A stretch of 64,000 nucleotides of DNA from Candidatus Binatia bacterium (GCA_963666515.2 OY762897.2:2656001-2720000); one strand, 5' to 3'; shown: positions 9,757 to 20,596, counted from the first letter of the stretch. Program-made: numbers and translations. The notes: a model not told the origin generated them from the letters alone.

Positions 9757-10755
9757 TTAATACGTATCCAGCACCCGCTGAATCGCATCCGGGTCGCCGG
9801 TCACGCTGAGGGCCAGCGCCATCAGCACGCGGGCCTTCCAGGGCTGGAGGTTGTCGGCGGCGACGAAACCCCTGGCCCGCAACGACGGGCTCCGCACCAC
9901 CCTCCCGGAACCCACCCTGCTGCTGAGACACATGATGACGCCCTGGCGGCCGGCGCGGTCGAAGGCTTCGTCCTGCGCCGGGGTCGGCCGGCCCGCGCCG
10001 GTGGCGGCGCACACGATGCCCCTGGCGCCCGCGGCCACGCAGGCGTCGATGATGGCGCCGTCGGCGCTCGCGTGGGACAGCACCACGTCCACCCGCGGCA
10101 GCGACTCGACCCCACTCACGTCGAACTCGGTGGCGGTGGTGTGCGGCATGACCGTGCGGTGGTAGTAGCGCACTTTCCCGTCGGCGTCGGCGAAGCCCAG
10201 GGGACCCAGGTCCCGTCCCTGGAACGCCTCGACCCGAAAGGTAGCCGTCTTGGTCAGGTCCCGGGCGCCGTAGATGCGGTCGTTCATCACCGCCAGCACG
10301 CCCTGCCCGCGGGAGGCCGGTTCCGCCGCCACCCGCACCGCGTTCAACAGGTTCAGGTAGCCGTCTGCGCCCAGCGCCGACGCCGGCCGCATGGACCCCA
10401 CCAGCACCACCGGCCGGTCGGTCTTGAGCACCAGGTTCAGGAAGTAGGCGGTCTCCTCCAGGGTGTTGGTGCCGTGGGTGATGACCGCGCCATCCGCCTC
10501 GTCCCGATCGAAGATTCCATGCAGCAGCCCCGCCAAGTCGAGCCAGTCCCGGTCCACCAGCGCATGGCTCGGCAACCGCCGGAACGGCACCTGCTCCACC
10601 GTGGCGATGTCCGCCAGCTCAGGCACGGCGCCCACCAGCTCGCCGTCGCCCAACCGCTTGTTGTTCTCGATGTACCAGGCGAGGTCCAGACGGTCGGCGC
10701 CCACGGAATCGATGGTGCCTCCGGTCAGGATCAGGGCGATTCTGGGTAGGGTCAT
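9757..10755 (-). CDS. Asparaginase
   Basis: TGGTI, HGTNTLEETA, VGSMRP motifs. Confidence 0.9.
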   Translation of the reverse strand: MTLPRIALILTGGTIDSVGADRLDLAWYIENNKRLGDGELVGAVPELADIATVEQVPFRRLPSHALVDRDWLDLAGLLHGIFDRDEADGAVITHGTNTLEETAYFLNLVLKTDRPVVLVGSMRPASALGADGYLNLLNAVRVAAEPASRGQGVLAVMNDRIYGARDLTKTATFRVEAFQGRDLGPLGFADADGKVRYYHRTVMPHTTATEFDVSGVESLPRVDVVLSHASADGAIIDACVAAGARGIVCAATGAGRPTPAQDEAFDRAGRQGVIMCLSSRVGSGRVVRSPSLRARGFVAADNLQPWKARVLMALALSVTGDPDAIQRVLDTY

Positions 10756-10838
10756 CTCATAGTCCCGGCTTGGAGAGCAGAAGCACGCTCAAGGAATGCC
10801 GAAGTCGGGCAGGAACGTATCCGACTGACCGGAGGCTG

Positions 10839-12725
10839 TCAATTCACCAGGCGCAGCCGGACGATGATCGGGTCGTGGTCGCTGGCTCTTGCCGCGGTCT
10901 CCGCGAACTCCGCGTTGACGTGCACGATGTCCACCTCGGCCGAAGCCCTCAATGACGGGCTCACCAGGATGTGGTCCAGGGTCTGGGCGTTGCCCTCGAA
11001 GATGTAGCTGTAGCGTTCGTCGGCCGGCAGATCGTTGGTGAGGTTGTGGAGACGCTCTTCGAGAATCCTGAGCGGGGACACGAACGCGAACTCGTTGAAG
11101 TCGCCCAGCACGACGATACCGGCGTGGTCCCGCGCCGCCGCCTGTATTCTCGCGACGAAGTCGCGGACCGCGCGGGCCTGCCTCCGGCGGTGATCCACCC
11201 CGCCGTTGACCGCAGGGTCCTCCTGGTGCTCCGCGAAGGGCTGCACCTGCCCGAACAGCGGAGTGCTGCCGCGCTTGGAGTTGAAGTGGTTGTTGACCAC
11301 CGTCACGGGAGCGCGGCCCGGAGCGCGGGGACGGAAGGCGGCCGCCAGCGGCAGGCGGCTGTCGAAGAACGGGTTCTTGGGATTGGTCCGCTGGTCGGCG
11401 GGGTCGGTAACCGTGGCCAACGAGCCGGGAATCAACTCCACGCGCGCCGGGTTGTAGAGGAAGGCCACGCGGATGTTGCCGCCGGGTTGGCCGCCGCTGG
11501 TGTCGTCGCCGATGAACGGGTGATCGACGAAACGGTAGCGGACGGGGCCCAGGGCGGCGATGCGGTTCACGAGCAACCGCAGCGTCGCGTCCGCGGCCTT
11601 GACCCCGGTCTTGGCGGAGCCGTCGTTGTCCTGGACTTCCTGGAGCGCGATGATGTCGGGATGCCGCAGGTTGCGGGCGATGACGGCCGCCACCGCGTCG
11701 AAACGGCCGCTTGCCACGTCGGTGTCTCCGTCGGCGTCGTTGGGGTCGAGGTTGAGCACGTTAAAGGACGCGATGGTCAGGTACCCGTCGCCGGGTTTCA
11801 AGCGGGTGGTTCCCGGTCTCAGCGGCCCCGGCTTGGCCGAAAACGCCTCGGTGAAGCGCACCTCGTAGTTGCCGAAGCCGTAGCTCATCACGCCGGTGAC
11901 GTCGCCGAGTGAATCCCCGACCTTCACGTGCGGCGTCGCCATGGGACTGAGCCCGAAATCGTCGTCGATCTGAATGCGCTCCGGGTTGAAGTCGTCCGGG
12001 CGGAGGGTGAGGGTGCCGCGTGGGCTCAAGCCCGAAGGGGACGTGCCCCGGGTGCGCACGAAAATCTCGCCGAAGCGGCTTGTGGGGCTGACGGCCACGG
12101 CATCCCTGACCGTGACCCGCATGCCTTCGAGGGTTTCGTAGAAATCGATGCCGTCTTCTGCCGGGTCGAAGACGGCGAAGCCGTCGTTGTCGATGATCCG
12201 GTCCGGTGGGATGCGTCCGTCCACCCCTAACACCACAGGAGCGGGAAGCGGGTTGCGACGGGACAAACGCGTGAGCTCCGAGCGGGTGATCTGCGTGATC
12301 GTCAGGTTGTTGGTCTTGGCGCCACCGGGCTGGAACTCCGCGACCACGCCATGCACGCGCAACGCGTCGCCCACGGCAACCGCCGGAGTCCGGCGTGTGA
12401 AGACGAAGACGCCGTCCGAGGTAGCGGGGTCGCCGTCTCCTGCCGGGTCCTGAAGGTAGAACCCATCGGTATCGACCGCGGTCACGGTCCCGGTGGTCGT
12501 GACCTGTTGCCCGCGGAAGGGCGAGATGTGGCTCCGGCCCTGTATGCGCCCGACGGGCGTTACGCCGGCCGCCCTGGAAACGCGTGTCTCGCGAACGGAA
12601 TCGGCGCTGCCGGACCGGACGGAACCGTCCACCGTACTCGCCAGCAGCAGGACGCAAAGCGCCGCATGGCAGCCCGGCACCAGGACTGCGCGGATCGGGC
12701 GTTCCGCCATCGTCGAAGACCTCAT
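10839..12725 (-). CDS. Extracellular endonuclease/exonuclease/phosphatase-family nuclease (OB-fold plus EEP domain)
   Basis: Signal-like N-terminus, IQG..H.SP, SDGVFV, ASFNVLN, LQEVQD, LGDFN, TLDHILV, SDHDP. Confidence 0.88.
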   Translation of the reverse strand: MRSSTMAERPIRAVLVPGCHAALCVLLLASTVDGSVRSGSADSVRETRVSRAAGVTPVGRIQGRSHISPFRGQQVTTTGTVTAVDTDGFYLQDPAGDGDPATSDGVFVFTRRTPAVAVGDALRVHGVVAEFQPGGAKTNNLTITQITRSELTRLSRRNPLPAPVVLGVDGRIPPDRIIDNDGFAVFDPAEDGIDFYETLEGMRVTVRDAVAVSPTSRFGEIFVRTRGTSPSGLSPRGTLTLRPDDFNPERIQIDDDFGLSPMATPHVKVGDSLGDVTGVMSYGFGNYEVRFTEAFSAKPGPLRPGTTRLKPGDGYLTIASFNVLNLDPNDADGDTDVASGRFDAVAAVIARNLRHPDIIALQEVQDNDGSAKTGVKAADATLRLLVNRIAALGPVRYRFVDHPFIGDDTSGGQPGGNIRVAFLYNPARVELIPGSLATVTDPADQRTNPKNPFFDSRLPLAAAFRPRAPGRAPVTVVNNHFNSKRGSTPLFGQVQPFAEHQEDPAVNGGVDHRRRQARAVRDFVARIQAAARDHAGIVVLGDFNEFAFVSPLRILEERLHNLTNDLPADERYSYIFEGNAQTLDHILVSPSLRASAEVDIVHVNAEFAETAARASDHDPIIVRLRLVN

Positions 12726-12877
12726 GTCCGACCCGTGTAGCAGGACCGCGAGACGGACCTCAAACGCCCGGTGGCCGTCATTTTCGCATTGCCTATTCCC
12801 CGTCCTGTAGTATGCTCAGGATGTGACGTGAGTGATGCTCGGCATACCGTTCGTCAATAGCGGAAAGGAGGCCCGTC

Positions 12878-13693
12878 ATGTCCGTCATCGTGATCTACGA
12901 AGGCATTTCCGGGGCTGAGGAAGTCGCCAACCGGGTTGCGCAGTCCCTGGACTACAAGTTGTTCGGCCGCCAGGACCTGGCCGCCACTCTGGCGAACTAC
13001 GGCGTGCCCCGCGCCAAACTGGACGAGATCACCGAGAAGGAGCCGCACTGGTGGGACCAGTGGCTGCATGACCTGCGGCCCTACCGCATCGCGCTCCAGG
13101 CCGCCATGTGCGAGATGGCCCAGGCCGGCCCGATGGTCTACCACGGACACGTGGGACACGAGCTGCTTCCCGGCGTCGCCCACGTGCTGAAGGTCTTCGT
13201 GACCGGCTCCATGGAGCTGCGCGTCGATCGGCTCCGGTCGCGCCTGGCGGTGGACGAGGGCACCATCCGCAGGCAGCTAGAGCACACCGACCGGGCTCGC
13301 AGCCGGCGCCTGATGGCCCTGTTCGGCAACGACTGGCAGGACGCGACCCGGTACCACCTGGTGCTCAACCTGGCCATGGGCACCGAAGCGGCGAGCGAGG
13401 TGATCACCACCGCGGCCCGGCAGGGAGCGTTCGCGGAGACCTCGGATTCCAGGCAGGCCTTCGAGGACCTCGCGCTGGCCAGGAAGACCCAGGCCACGCT
13501 GCTCCGCTCCGACCTGTACCGCGACCTGCCCATCGACGTGAAGGCGCACGGCGGGGCCATCACCGTATCCGGCATGGTCGCCTCGCCGGTGACCGTGGAA
13601 GGCGTGGTGGCGACCATCAAGGCCGTCCCCGATGTCTCGGAGGTCACGGCGAACCTGGTGGTGATGCCGCGAAGGCATTCGGACATCGAATAG
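12878..13693 (+). CDS. Cytidylate kinase-like family protein with C-terminal BON domain
   Basis: Cytidylate_kin2-like N-terminus; IDVKAHGGAITVSG...VPDVSEVTANL is BON-like; RBS GGAGG. Confidence 0.8.
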   Translation: MSVIVIYEGISGAEEVANRVAQSLDYKLFGRQDLAATLANYGVPRAKLDEITEKEPHWWDQWLHDLRPYRIALQAAMCEMAQAGPMVYHGHVGHELLPGVAHVLKVFVTGSMELRVDRLRSRLAVDEGTIRRQLEHTDRARSRRLMALFGNDWQDATRYHLVLNLAMGTEAASEVITTAARQGAFAETSDSRQAFEDLALARKTQATLLRSDLYRDLPIDVKAHGGAITVSGMVASPVTVEGVVATIKAVPDVSEVTANLVVMPRRHSDIE

Positions 13694-13703
13694 CCGAGCG
13701 GAC

Positions 13704-15149
13704 ATGCCCAAGAGCCTGAGCAGCTTCCTGGAGGACTGCCGCCGGGAGATCCCCAACGAGGTGGTGCACGTCGAGCGGGAGGTGGACCCCGCCCGCTACG
13801 ACGTGAGCGCCATCATCAAGCACCTGGGCGCCGCCAGGAAATTCCCGCTGCTCGTCTTCGACCGGCCGCGCAACCTGCACGGCCGGGTCAGCGATTTCAA
13901 GCTGGTGATGAACTTCACCATCTCGCAGCGCAAGACCCAGATAGCCTTGGGGCTGCCCAAGGAGATGACCCGCGCGCAGATGGCCGAGGCGTGCGTGGAC
14001 ATCGAGCGCAACCGCGTCGCCCCGGTGGTGGTGGACAACCGCGAGGCGCCGGTGATGGAGAACGTCCGTAGCGGCGAGGCGGTGGACCTCTACGAGCTGC
14101 CCATCATGCGCCACCACTACATGGACGGCGGCCCCTACATCACCCTGTGCACCATCGCCAGGGACCGCCGGCAGGGCATCTACAACGCCTCCTACCACCG
14201 CATGGAGATCAAGTCCCGGAACCTCACCACCCACTACCACTCGCAGCACCACCAGTGGATCATCTTCCGGGACCACGAGGACCAGGGGCTGGAGTGCCCG
14301 GTGGCCACCGTGCTTGGGCACCACCCGGCGTTCTACATGGGCGCCTGCTACACCGGGCCGTTCGAGGTGAGCGAGTACGACGTCATCGGCGCCTACCTGG
14401 GCGAGCCGCTCAGGGTGACGCCGTCCACCACCTGGGGCGACGACCTGCTGATCCCCGCGGACGCGGAGATCGTCATCGAGGGCGCGCTGATTCCCGGCGA
14501 GCGCATAGTGGACGGCCCCTTCGGCGAAGCGCCGGGCTACCTCGGCCCCCAGCGCTTCTTCTCGGCCTGCCGCTACGAGGTGCGCGCCATCAACTGGCGC
14601 CGCAACGCCATGTACCAGTCGGTGATCACTCCCGAGGGGGACAAGCCCTGGCTGGACCTGCCGCGTGAGGGCGCCTACCTGCGGCGCATCCGCGAAGCCG
14701 TGCCCGGGGTCACCGCGGTGTGCAAGGCCGGACGCCACGCCCACTACAACATCTTCATCGCCATGAAGAAGCTGTCCGAGGGAGACCCCGGCCGCGCCGC
14801 CGGCGCCGCCCTCACCGAGTTGCACGCCAAGCACATCTTCGTGTTCGACGACGACATCGACGTCTACAACCCCACCGAGATCCTGTGGGCCCTGGCCACC
14901 CGCGTGCAGCCCCACCGGCAGGTGTCCATCATGCAGCCCACCTTCACCGGCAACTACCTCGACCCCACGGTGGTGGACGAAACCAAGACCTCGGTGATGA
15001 TCATCGACGCCACCCGCCCGCTGGACCGCCCCTTCTCGCCCGTGTCCAAGGTCCCCGACGAGGCCATGGCCCGCATCAAGGTGGAAGACTACATCCCCGG
15101 CGAGGTGCTGGCGCACATCCCGGTGGACCGCACCACGTACTGGTCCTGA
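13704..15149 (+). CDS. UbiD-family decarboxylase
   Basis: DGGPYIT, YHRME, PADAEIVIEG, GPFGE, VFDDDIDV, WALATR. Confidence 0.92.
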   Translation: MPKSLSSFLEDCRREIPNEVVHVEREVDPARYDVSAIIKHLGAARKFPLLVFDRPRNLHGRVSDFKLVMNFTISQRKTQIALGLPKEMTRAQMAEACVDIERNRVAPVVVDNREAPVMENVRSGEAVDLYELPIMRHHYMDGGPYITLCTIARDRRQGIYNASYHRMEIKSRNLTTHYHSQHHQWIIFRDHEDQGLECPVATVLGHHPAFYMGACYTGPFEVSEYDVIGAYLGEPLRVTPSTTWGDDLLIPADAEIVIEGALIPGERIVDGPFGEAPGYLGPQRFFSACRYEVRAINWRRNAMYQSVITPEGDKPWLDLPREGAYLRRIREAVPGVTAVCKAGRHAHYNIFIAMKKLSEGDPGRAAGAALTELHAKHIFVFDDDIDVYNPTEILWALATRVQPHRQVSIMQPTFTGNYLDPTVVDETKTSVMIIDATRPLDRPFSPVSKVPDEAMARIKVEDYIPGEVLAHIPVDRTTYWS

Positions 15150-15251
15150 ACGTCCCCGCCTCGGGTCCCCTTGTCGCCGCGCGCCCGGCGATCTGCTACA
15201 GATGAACCAACCCGCCGCGACTACCCGCGAGCCATCCGCATCGAGGAACCC

Positions 15252-17996
15252 ATGAACGAAATCGAGATTCAATTCGAGCTGAACGGCCAGGCGCACGCCG
15301 CCAGCGTGGCGCCGGAGCTGCTGCTGGCGGACTTCCTGCGCAACGACCTGGAGCTCAAGGGCACCAAGACGAGCTGCGGGGTGGAGGTGTGCGGCTCCTG
15401 CACGGTGCTGCTGGACGGGCGGCCGGTTAGCTCCTGCACCACCCTGACCCACGAGATCGCCGGGCGCTCGCTGACGACCATCGAGGGCCTCGGCGACGAC
15501 GACGGGCTGGACCCGGTGCAGGAGGCGTTCTGGGAGGAAGGCGGCTTCGAGTGCGGCTTCTGCACGCCGGGCATGATCCTCGCCGCCCGCGCGCTGCTGG
15601 ACGAGAACCCGGACCCCTCGGAGGAGGACATCAAGACCGCTCTGGACGGCAACATCTGCCGCTGCACGGGCTACCTTTCCATCATCCGGTCGATCGACCG
15701 GGCCGCGGAATTGCGGCGCGGTCAGGATGCGTCGGCCCCGAGGCCCCTCGACGAGCGCCGCTTGGACGGCGCCGCCAAGGTGCGCGGCGAGCCCGTGTAC
15801 ACCGCCGACCTGACCTATCCCGGAATGCTCTACGGGCGCGTCCTGCGCAGCCCCCACGCCCACGCCCGCCTCCTCGACATCGACACGTCCGCGGCCGAAG
15901 CCCATCCCGGTGTTGTGGCGGTTCTCACCTCCGCGGACCTCACGGACATCGCGCAGTTTCACGGCCCGCTGGTGAAGGACACCCCGATCCTGGCCATGGA
16001 CAAGGTCCGCTACGAAGGTGACGCGGTAGCCGCGGTGGCAGCCGAGACGCTGGAGGCCGCCACCGCGGCCCTCGCACTCATCCGGGTGGACTACGAGCCG
16101 CTGCCGGCGCTGATGACCATGGATGAGGCGCTTGCCCCCGATGCCCCGCCCCTCCACGAGTCCGTCAGCGACGATGCGCCGAGCTTTCCGGGATATCCCG
16201 GCGTCGACGACGAGGCCAGGAAGTACGCCAACGTGAGCTTCCACTACGAGCGCGCCCAGGGCGACGTCGACGAGGGGTTCGCGGCCTCGGAGCGTATCTT
16301 CGAGCACACCTTCGACTTCCCCAAGATCGCCCACTACTCCATGGAGCCGCAGCTCGTCGTGGCCGAGTGGCGCGAGGACGGGTTCACGTTGTGGTGTTCC
16401 ACCCAGCACCAGTTCATCGTCCGCAACGAGCTGGCCGAGATGTTCGGAGTGCCGCGGGAGAACGCGCGGGTGGTGGTGCCGCTGGTGGGAGGCACCTACG
16501 GCAACAAGAACCACACCAAGCTGGAGCCCGTGGCTCTGGCCCTGTCCCGCAAGGCCGGGCGGCGGGTGTTCCTGCACCTGTCGCTCGAAGAGGAGTCGCG
16601 CACGGTGAGCAAGCCGGCCGCGCGGGTGAGGCTCCGCACCGGCGTCAGCCGGGACGGCCTGATCGTGGCGCGGGACTGCCTCGTGCACGTGGACGGCGGC
16701 GCCTACTCGGACTCGGGTCCCCGGGTCGCCCAGAAGACCGGCTTCCGGGCGCCCGGCCCCTACCGCATCCCGCACGTCCGCTCCCACGCCTACTCGGTGT
16801 ACACCACCACGGTGCCGGCCGGCGCCTTCCGAGGCATGGGCACGCCCCAGGTGGCGTGGGCCTACGAATCGCAAATGGACATGATCGCCCGGGAGATGGG
16901 ATGGGACCCGGTGGAGTTCCGGCTCAAGAACCTCCTGGACAAGGGCGAGGAGTTCGCCCCCGGAGAGACCCCTCTGGACACCGACCTGAAGGAGGGACTG
17001 CTGCGAGCCGCCAAGGAGATCGGCTGGGGCGAGGAGCTGGAACCGGACTGCGGCATCGGCGTCAGTTGCGCCTGCAAGGACGGCGGCGGCAACTTCAAGA
17101 TCTCGTCCGCGCGGGTGGAGGTGGACGACCGCGGCGCGGTCACCCTGCACGAAGGCACCATAGAAATCGGTCAGGGCTCCAACACCGCCCTCGCGCGCAT
17201 CGCCGCGCAGGAGTTGGGCGTGCGGCCCACGGCGGTGGAGGTCGCGCCCCTGGACACCGACTGGACCCCCTTCGACATGGGCACCTACGCCAGCAGCGCT
17301 ACCACGGTCATGGGGCTCGCGGTGCAGAAGGCGGCCGTGGCCGTCCGCGAACAGCTCGTCGAGGCCGCCCGTTCGATGGGGAAGAGCCCCGACGCCGCCG
17401 CGACCCTCGCCAACGGCGAGGTGCGCCTGGGGGAGATCGCCTTCCCCTTCTCTGCGCTGGTGCAGCACGCCAAGGGCGCGGGCGGCGTCATCACGGGAGA
17501 GGGCCGCCAGGAGACTCCGCGCGTCCCCGAGGCCCCGCTCGGCGCCCGGTCGCCTTTCTGGGAAGTGGGATGGGGCGCCGCCAAGGTCCGCGTGGACCGG
17601 GACACCGGCGAGGTGAAGGTGCTCAAGTACGTCTCCATCGCCGACGCGGGCAAGGCCATCAACCCCCAGGTTTGCCACACCCAGGAGCAGGGCGCCTTCC
17701 TGCAGGGGCTGGGGCAGGCGCTGTTCGAGGAGACCGTGTACGAGAACGGCCTGATGCTCACGCCCGACGCCCTCACCTACCGGCTGCCGAAGATCTCCGA
17801 CCTGCCCGACGAGCAAGTCAACATCCTCTTCGAGAACGGCAACGGCGCCGGCCCCTACGGCGCCAAGGGCCTGGGCGAGAGCGGCCTCATCCCCGTACCC
17901 TCGGCCATCGCCAATGCGGTGGACCACGCCGTGGGCGTGAGAGTCACCGATCTGCCGGTGACGGGCGAGAAGATCTGGCGCGGACTGAGGAAGTGA
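15252..17996 (+). CDS. Xanthine dehydrogenase/aldehyde oxidoreductase-family molybdoenzyme with fused N-terminal [2Fe-2S] domains
   Basis: CGVEVCGSC, CGFCTPG, CRCTGY, then Mo domain GAFRGMG and GAKGLGE. Confidence 0.9.
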   Translation: MNEIEIQFELNGQAHAASVAPELLLADFLRNDLELKGTKTSCGVEVCGSCTVLLDGRPVSSCTTLTHEIAGRSLTTIEGLGDDDGLDPVQEAFWEEGGFECGFCTPGMILAARALLDENPDPSEEDIKTALDGNICRCTGYLSIIRSIDRAAELRRGQDASAPRPLDERRLDGAAKVRGEPVYTADLTYPGMLYGRVLRSPHAHARLLDIDTSAAEAHPGVVAVLTSADLTDIAQFHGPLVKDTPILAMDKVRYEGDAVAAVAAETLEAATAALALIRVDYEPLPALMTMDEALAPDAPPLHESVSDDAPSFPGYPGVDDEARKYANVSFHYERAQGDVDEGFAASERIFEHTFDFPKIAHYSMEPQLVVAEWREDGFTLWCSTQHQFIVRNELAEMFGVPRENARVVVPLVGGTYGNKNHTKLEPVALALSRKAGRRVFLHLSLEEESRTVSKPAARVRLRTGVSRDGLIVARDCLVHVDGGAYSDSGPRVAQKTGFRAPGPYRIPHVRSHAYSVYTTTVPAGAFRGMGTPQVAWAYESQMDMIAREMGWDPVEFRLKNLLDKGEEFAPGETPLDTDLKEGLLRAAKEIGWGEELEPDCGIGVSCACKDGGGNFKISSARVEVDDRGAVTLHEGTIEIGQGSNTALARIAAQELGVRPTAVEVAPLDTDWTPFDMGTYASSATTVMGLAVQKAAVAVREQLVEAARSMGKSPDAAATLANGEVRLGEIAFPFSALVQHAKGAGGVITGEGRQETPRVPEAPLGARSPFWEVGWGAAKVRVDRDTGEVKVLKYVSIADAGKAINPQVCHTQEQGAFLQGLGQALFEETVYENGLMLTPDALTYRLPKISDLPDEQVNILFENGNGAGPYGAKGLGESGLIPVPSAIANAVDHAVGVRVTDLPVTGEKIWRGLRK

Positions 17997-18019
17997 ATCC
18001 GTCGTTCCCGCCCGGCTTC

Positions 18020-18115
18020 CGTCATTCCCGCGAAAGCGGGAATCCAGGAGGGGCCGGGGCGGGGGAGCACGGCCGCTGATCTCTCCCCCTGGATTCCCGC
18101 TTTCGCGGGAATGAC
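18020..18115. repeat. Inverted REP doublet (variant)
   Basis: CGTCATTCCCGCGAAAGCGGGAATCCAGG and its reverse complement. Confidence 0.85.
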
Positions 18116-18142
18116 TCAGAGGCGACCCACACGCCCAATTTC

Positions 18143-18892
18143 ATGCGTAACGTGAACGAACCGGCGCGCCAGGACCGCTTCTACTTCAAGCTCTCTGAGC
18201 GGCTCGACAAGCCTGGATGCCCCATCTGCGGCATCGTCATCGACGACAGCCGCGCCTACCTGGACAGCGTCCTGTACGAACGCGTTACCGACGTGCCCAC
18301 GCGGGAGGGGCTGCGGGAATCCTTCGGCCTCTGCAACCCGCACACGTGGCTGTTGCGTGACCTGCCGGCATCCAGCGCACCGGACCTGGGCTTCGCCATC
18401 ATCGCCAGGGACCTGCTGAATCGGTTCCGTGACACGGCCGGCACGCCGCCCGTCACCGGATGGCGCGCCCTGCGGGGTTGGCTCGGTCGGGCCGGCTCGG
18501 GATTGCGCGCCCGGCTCAAGAAGACGACCTGTCCCGCCTGCGTGGTTGCCGGGCGGTCGGAGTCCGTCCACCTCCGGCAACTGCTGGACCTGCTGGGAGA
18601 CGAGGCTTTCTCCGAGAAGTACCGCAACTCTTCCGGCATCTGCATCCCGCATTTCCTCGTGGCCGGGGAAACTCACGCCAGCCACCCGCACTTCGCCGAC
18701 CTCCGGGAACTCCAACTCCATGCCGCGCAAGCCCTGCACGACACCCTCGACCGGTTCACCGAGAAGCACGACCACCGCGCCCGCGAGGAAATCACCCCGG
18801 CCGAAGCCAGGGCCTGGACCGACGCCATGGAGTTCCTGGGCGGGAAGCGGGGCGTGTTCGGCAGCGAGATGCGCCGGCCGGGACTGCGATAG
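18143..18892 (+). CDS. DUF6062-like protein (two CxxC/CxxH repeats)
   Basis: CPIC...GLCNPH and CPAC...GICIPH. Confidence 0.75.
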   Translation: MRNVNEPARQDRFYFKLSERLDKPGCPICGIVIDDSRAYLDSVLYERVTDVPTREGLRESFGLCNPHTWLLRDLPASSAPDLGFAIIARDLLNRFRDTAGTPPVTGWRALRGWLGRAGSGLRARLKKTTCPACVVAGRSESVHLRQLLDLLGDEAFSEKYRNSSGICIPHFLVAGETHASHPHFADLRELQLHAAQALHDTLDRFTEKHDHRAREEITPAEARAWTDAMEFLGGKRGVFGSEMRRPGLR

Positions 18893-18933
18893 GGTTACAG
18901 CCTCCAAGACCTACCGGGACAGGTGTTAGCCTC

Positions 18934-19003
18934 ATACCCTATAGCGTATTTCTTGACCTTATACTAAAAACCGTTTATTTCCTATTTATCCCTTATCGCG
19001 TAT
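18934..19003. promoter_or_regulatory. hipBA promoter region with imperfect palindromes (candidate HipB operators)
   Basis: ATACCCTATAGCGTAT and ATCCCTTATCGCGTAT flanking TTGACC in an AT-rich stretch. Confidence 0.45.
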
Positions 19004-19046
19004 GCTGCATCACTACGATAGATTGTTTCGAGAAGAGAGGCGCCCT

Positions 19047-19295
19047 ATGGAACAGATCGTCCGAACCCCGAAACAGATGGGTGCGGCCATTCGCCGGCGG
19101 CGGCGGATACTCAAACTGAGTCAGCAGGAAGTCGGGGACCGGGTTCGTCTGCGACAGGCAACCATCTCCGCCTTGGAGAACGGTGAGCCGGGTACGCGGA
19201 TGCGCACGTTGCTGGACGCGATGACCGCGCTCGGCCTGGAGATCGTTGTGCGCGAGCGTTCAACGAGCGGGAAAGACATTGAGGAGTTGTTCTGA
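19047..19295 (+). CDS. hipB: HipB-like XRE antitoxin
   Basis: LSQQEVGDRVRLRQATISALENGEPG; stop overlaps hipA start. Confidence 0.88.
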   Translation: MEQIVRTPKQMGAAIRRRRRILKLSQQEVGDRVRLRQATISALENGEPGTRMRTLLDAMTALGLEIVVRERSTSGKDIEELF

Positions 19296-20596
19296 TGGCG
19301 CGCAGGCGGACCCGAGTTCCCCTTGATGTCTACATCAACTCCCGTCTGGTTGGACAACTGCGGCGTCTCCCGACCGGAGCCATCGACTTTCGATACGACG
19401 AGGGCTGGCTGGGTTGGGAAGACGCCCTGCCCATTTCGATTTCGCTGCCGCTACGCGAGGACCGCTACACCGGCGATCCCGTGATCGCGGTATTCGACAA
19501 CCTTCTCCCGGATAACGTACAGATCCGACGCCGCATCGCCGAACGTGTCAAGGCCGACGACTACGGCACCTACAGCCTGCTGGCCAAGGTCGGCCGTGAC
19601 TGCGTGGGCGCGATGCAACTTCTCCCGGAAGGGCAACCGCCCGGCCCGGCAGGGGCAGTGGAGGGTCGAGAGGTCAGCGCCGACGAGATGGCCGGAAAAA
19701 TCCGCGAACTGGCTCTGGCTCCCCTTGGCGTGACCGGGGATGACGAGTTCCGTATTTCCATAGCTGGAGCGCAGGACAAGACCGCCTTTCTGTATTGGAA
19801 GGACAAGTGGCACATCCCGCATGGCGCCACAGCGACGACACACATTGTGAAACCCCAAATCGGCAGGCTGGCCGACGGCATCGATCTCACCCGGAGCGTC
19901 GAGAACGAATACCTGTGCCTTCGCCTGGCGGCCGCCCTCGGCCTGCCGACCGCCAGGACCGAGGTCACGGACTTCGGCGGCGAACGCGTCCTGGTGGTCG
20001 AGCGCTTTGACCGGAGGTGGACAAGGGACGGGCGGCTGCTGCGCTTGCCGCAGGAAGACTGCTGCCAGGCGCTTTCGGTGCCGCCCACCTTGAAATACGA
20101 GTCAGACGGCGGCCCCGGGATCCGCGATGTATCGACGCTGCTGAAGGCAAGCGACGAGCCCGCCGTGGATCAAGGGACGTTTCTCAAGGCACAGATCGTG
20201 TTCTGGCTGCTGGGCGCGACCGACGGCCACGCCAAGAACTTCAGCATTTCCCTGAGACCGGGCGGAGGCTTCAGCCTCACGCCCCTCTATGACGTGATGT
20301 CGTCGCAACCTGCCATGGACGCCGGACAACTACGGAGAAACCAGTTCAGGCTCGCAAACGCGGTCGGCAACAACCGTCACTACGTCATCGACGGGATCAT
20401 GCCGAGGCATTTCGTTCAGTCCGCCGAGAACAGCGGCGTGCCTCCGGCCGTGATAGAACAAATCTGCGCCGACTTGGCAACATCCGCCGAAACGGCGATC
20501 GACGAGACCCTCAATGCCCTCCCTGACGATTTTCCGGCAGAACTTGCCGACTCCATCGCAGGCGGGATGCGGAAGCGCCTGCGGCTCCTCGGCTAG
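19295..20596 (+). CDS. hipA: HipA kinase toxin
   Basis: GRDCVGA, RISIAGAQDKTA, QEDCCQA, ATDGHAKNFS, LTPLYD. Confidence 0.93.
   Translation: MARRRTRVPLDVYINSRLVGQLRRLPTGAIDFRYDEGWLGWEDALPISISLPLREDRYTGDPVIAVFDNLLPDNVQIRRRIAERVKADDYGTYSLLAKVGRDCVGAMQLLPEGQPPGPAGAVEGREVSADEMAGKIRELALAPLGVTGDDEFRISIAGAQDKTAFLYWKDKWHIPHGATATTHIVKPQIGRLADGIDLTRSVENEYLCLRLAAALGLPTARTEVTDFGGERVLVVERFDRRWTRDGRLLRLPQEDCCQALSVPPTLKYESDGGPGIRDVSTLLKASDEPAVDQGTFLKAQIVFWLLGATDGHAKNFSISLRPGGGFSLTPLYDVMSSQPAMDAGQLRRNQFRLANAVGNNRHYVIDGIMPRHFVQSAENSGVPPAVIEQICADLATSAETAIDETLNALPDDFPAELADSIAGGMRKRLRLLG

Noticed and set aside
13644-17927. 1427-aa minus-strand ORF
   Set aside because: Antisense shadow of the UbiD and molybdoenzyme genes in high-GC DNA; no motifs
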